Under the pieces are notes generated by a model. It had not been told where the DNA came from. It was given only the letters and a program-made list of their open reading frames with translations, and ran no database searches. Below, one piece after another: positions 62,855 through 64,000 of a stretch of DNA of 64,000 bases. How positions within the stretch are numbered: the first letter of the stretch is position 1; every line of letters starts with the position of its first letter. The DNA is from Fimicolochytrium jonesii. Its lineage: Eukaryota. The stretch lies in contig NW_026515671.1 in the NCBI RefSeq assembly GCF_025526975.1, positions 868,001 to 932,000 on the forward strand, read 5' to 3'. Position numbers and translations under genes: made by a program.

Positions 62855-64000
62855 ATGGCCGCAACTTACGCAACCGATATAATTGGAAACTACAGTGGTG
62901 GGGACGAGAATATGCCCGCGGAGCAGAATGGGCGGGCCGCCAGCCGTCGGAACCGGCAGGAGACCGTACCCTCCACAATATACGCCTCAGGGTTGGCAAA
63001 GGCTGCTGTGATTGCTGCCCAGAATGGCCTACCTCTTGGGAACGGGGCAGACAGGCGGTACTCGGTTGCGGCGTTGTGGTCGATGGCCGCGGAAAACGAC
63101 GTGGAGGTTGACGACGAGCTGACGCAAGCTCAGCGACGGTTGAAGGATCTGAAGACCAAGATCTCCGCACAGTCGAAGAAGAACTTCCTGCTGGAACGGG
63201 ATGTTCGATTCCTCGACAGTCGGATCGCTCTCTTGATTCAAAACCGCATGGCGTTAGACGAGCAACAGGAGGTTGCTAGTCATTTGGAGGAGCTGGACAC
63301 AACAGAAGGACACCTGCTGCCAGATGAGCGCAAACGCCAGCTGTACGGGAACCTCTTCTTCCTGCTGCAAAACGAACCCCGCCACATTGCCGCTCTAGCG
63401 CGGTTGGTCAGTCTCTCCGAAATCGATACCCTCCTCCAGACTGTCATGTTCACCCTGTACGGAAACCAGTACGACTCGCGAGAAGAGTACCTGTTGCTCT
63501 CCATGTTCCAAAATGTTCTGTCATCCCAGTTCGACGCTGCGACAGATTTCGGAAGTCTTCTACGCGCCAACACCCCCGTATCCCGGATGTTGACCACGTA
63601 TACACGGAGAGGGCCGGGGCAGACATACCTGAAGCACGTCCTGTCAGCGCGGATCAACAAGCTAATTGAGATGCAGGATTTGGACCTGGAGATCAACCCT
63701 CTGAAAGTTTACGAGCGAATGATCGAGCAAATCGAGACGGCCACGGGCAAGCCCAGTGACCTGCCGAAATCGATCTCCCCTGAGGAGGCGTCCCAGCATC
63801 CCGATGTTCAGGCTATCATCGCACCGCGCTTGGTCACGTTGATGGAAATCGCCGAGTCATTCCTGACAACCATAATGGGATCCCTGGACCAGGTCCCATA
63901 CGGAATCAGGTGGATCTGCAAGCAGATTCGGTCGTTGACCAAGGTATGTCGCATTCGTGCCAGCAGTAATGAGAAGCAGGGCACAACAAACCTAATCCAT
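62855..64000 (+). CDS. Ras GTPase-activating protein, Gap1/Sar1 type (5' part only, runs off the window; absent from the ORF track)
   Basis: Open frame from ATG 62855: RRYSVAALWSMAAENDVEV, KNFLLERDVRFLDSRIALLIQNRM, LYGNLFFLLQ, LYGNQYDSREEYLLL, SLLRANTPVSRM, LEINPLKVY, VPYGIRWICKQI. Donor gtatgt at ~63944. Confidence 0.93.
   Translation, partial: MAATYATDIIGNYSGGDENMPAEQNGRAASRRNRQETVPSTIYASGLAKAAVIAAQNGLPLGNGADRRYSVAALWSMAAENDVEVDDELTQAQRRLKDLKTKISAQSKKNFLLERDVRFLDSRIALLIQNRMALDEQQEVASHLEELDTTEGHLLPDERKRQLYGNLFFLLQNEPRHIAALARLVSLSEIDTLLQTVMFTLYGNQYDSREEYLLLSMFQNVLSSQFDAATDFGSLLRANTPVSRMLTTYTRRGPGQTYLKHVLSARINKLIEMQDLDLEINPLKVYERMIEQIETATGKPSDLPKSISPEEASQHPDVQAIIAPRLVTLMEIAESFLTTIMGSLDQVPYGIRWICKQIRSLTKVCRIRASSNEKQGTTNLIH

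Overview
Gene-dense, intron-rich eukaryotic DNA with short GT-AG introns. The genes are fungal-type, and a flagellar radial spoke protein 3 gene points to a zoosporic fungus (a chytrid, possibly Spizellomycetales; inference). About 27 protein-coding genes can be reconstructed by hand-splicing. In order they are: Prr1/Nnk1-like kinase, UBC8, Greatwall/Rim15 kinase, SPRTN, Diaphanous-type formin, GEP4, PPP1R36-like, DHX57-like DEAH helicase, orphan 7TM protein, G-patch/ZnF protein, probable Nse6/SLF2, DUF3245-like, TIM13, RSP3, USP protein, UGP1, F-box/RPEL protein, Utp16/NOL7-like, RPL2, TLC-domain protein, small secreted orphan, FtsJ-like MTase, LCB1, ICMT-like, casein kinase I, a second USP protein, and the 5' part of a Gap1/Sar1 RasGAP. 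I found no tRNA, rRNA, transposon or CRISPR array, and no clear multi-gene novel system. The best leads are a YwbE/DUF2196 domain embedded in the helicase, an F-box fused to actin-binding-type RPEL repeats (visible only after splicing), a formin with a triplicated GTPase-binding module, a SPRTN with tandem N-terminal ubiquitin-binding-like repeats, a USP ending in a PTS1, and a recurrent non-coding TACAGTA element. All family assignments come from recalled motifs, not database searches. Exon boundaries were read by eye.
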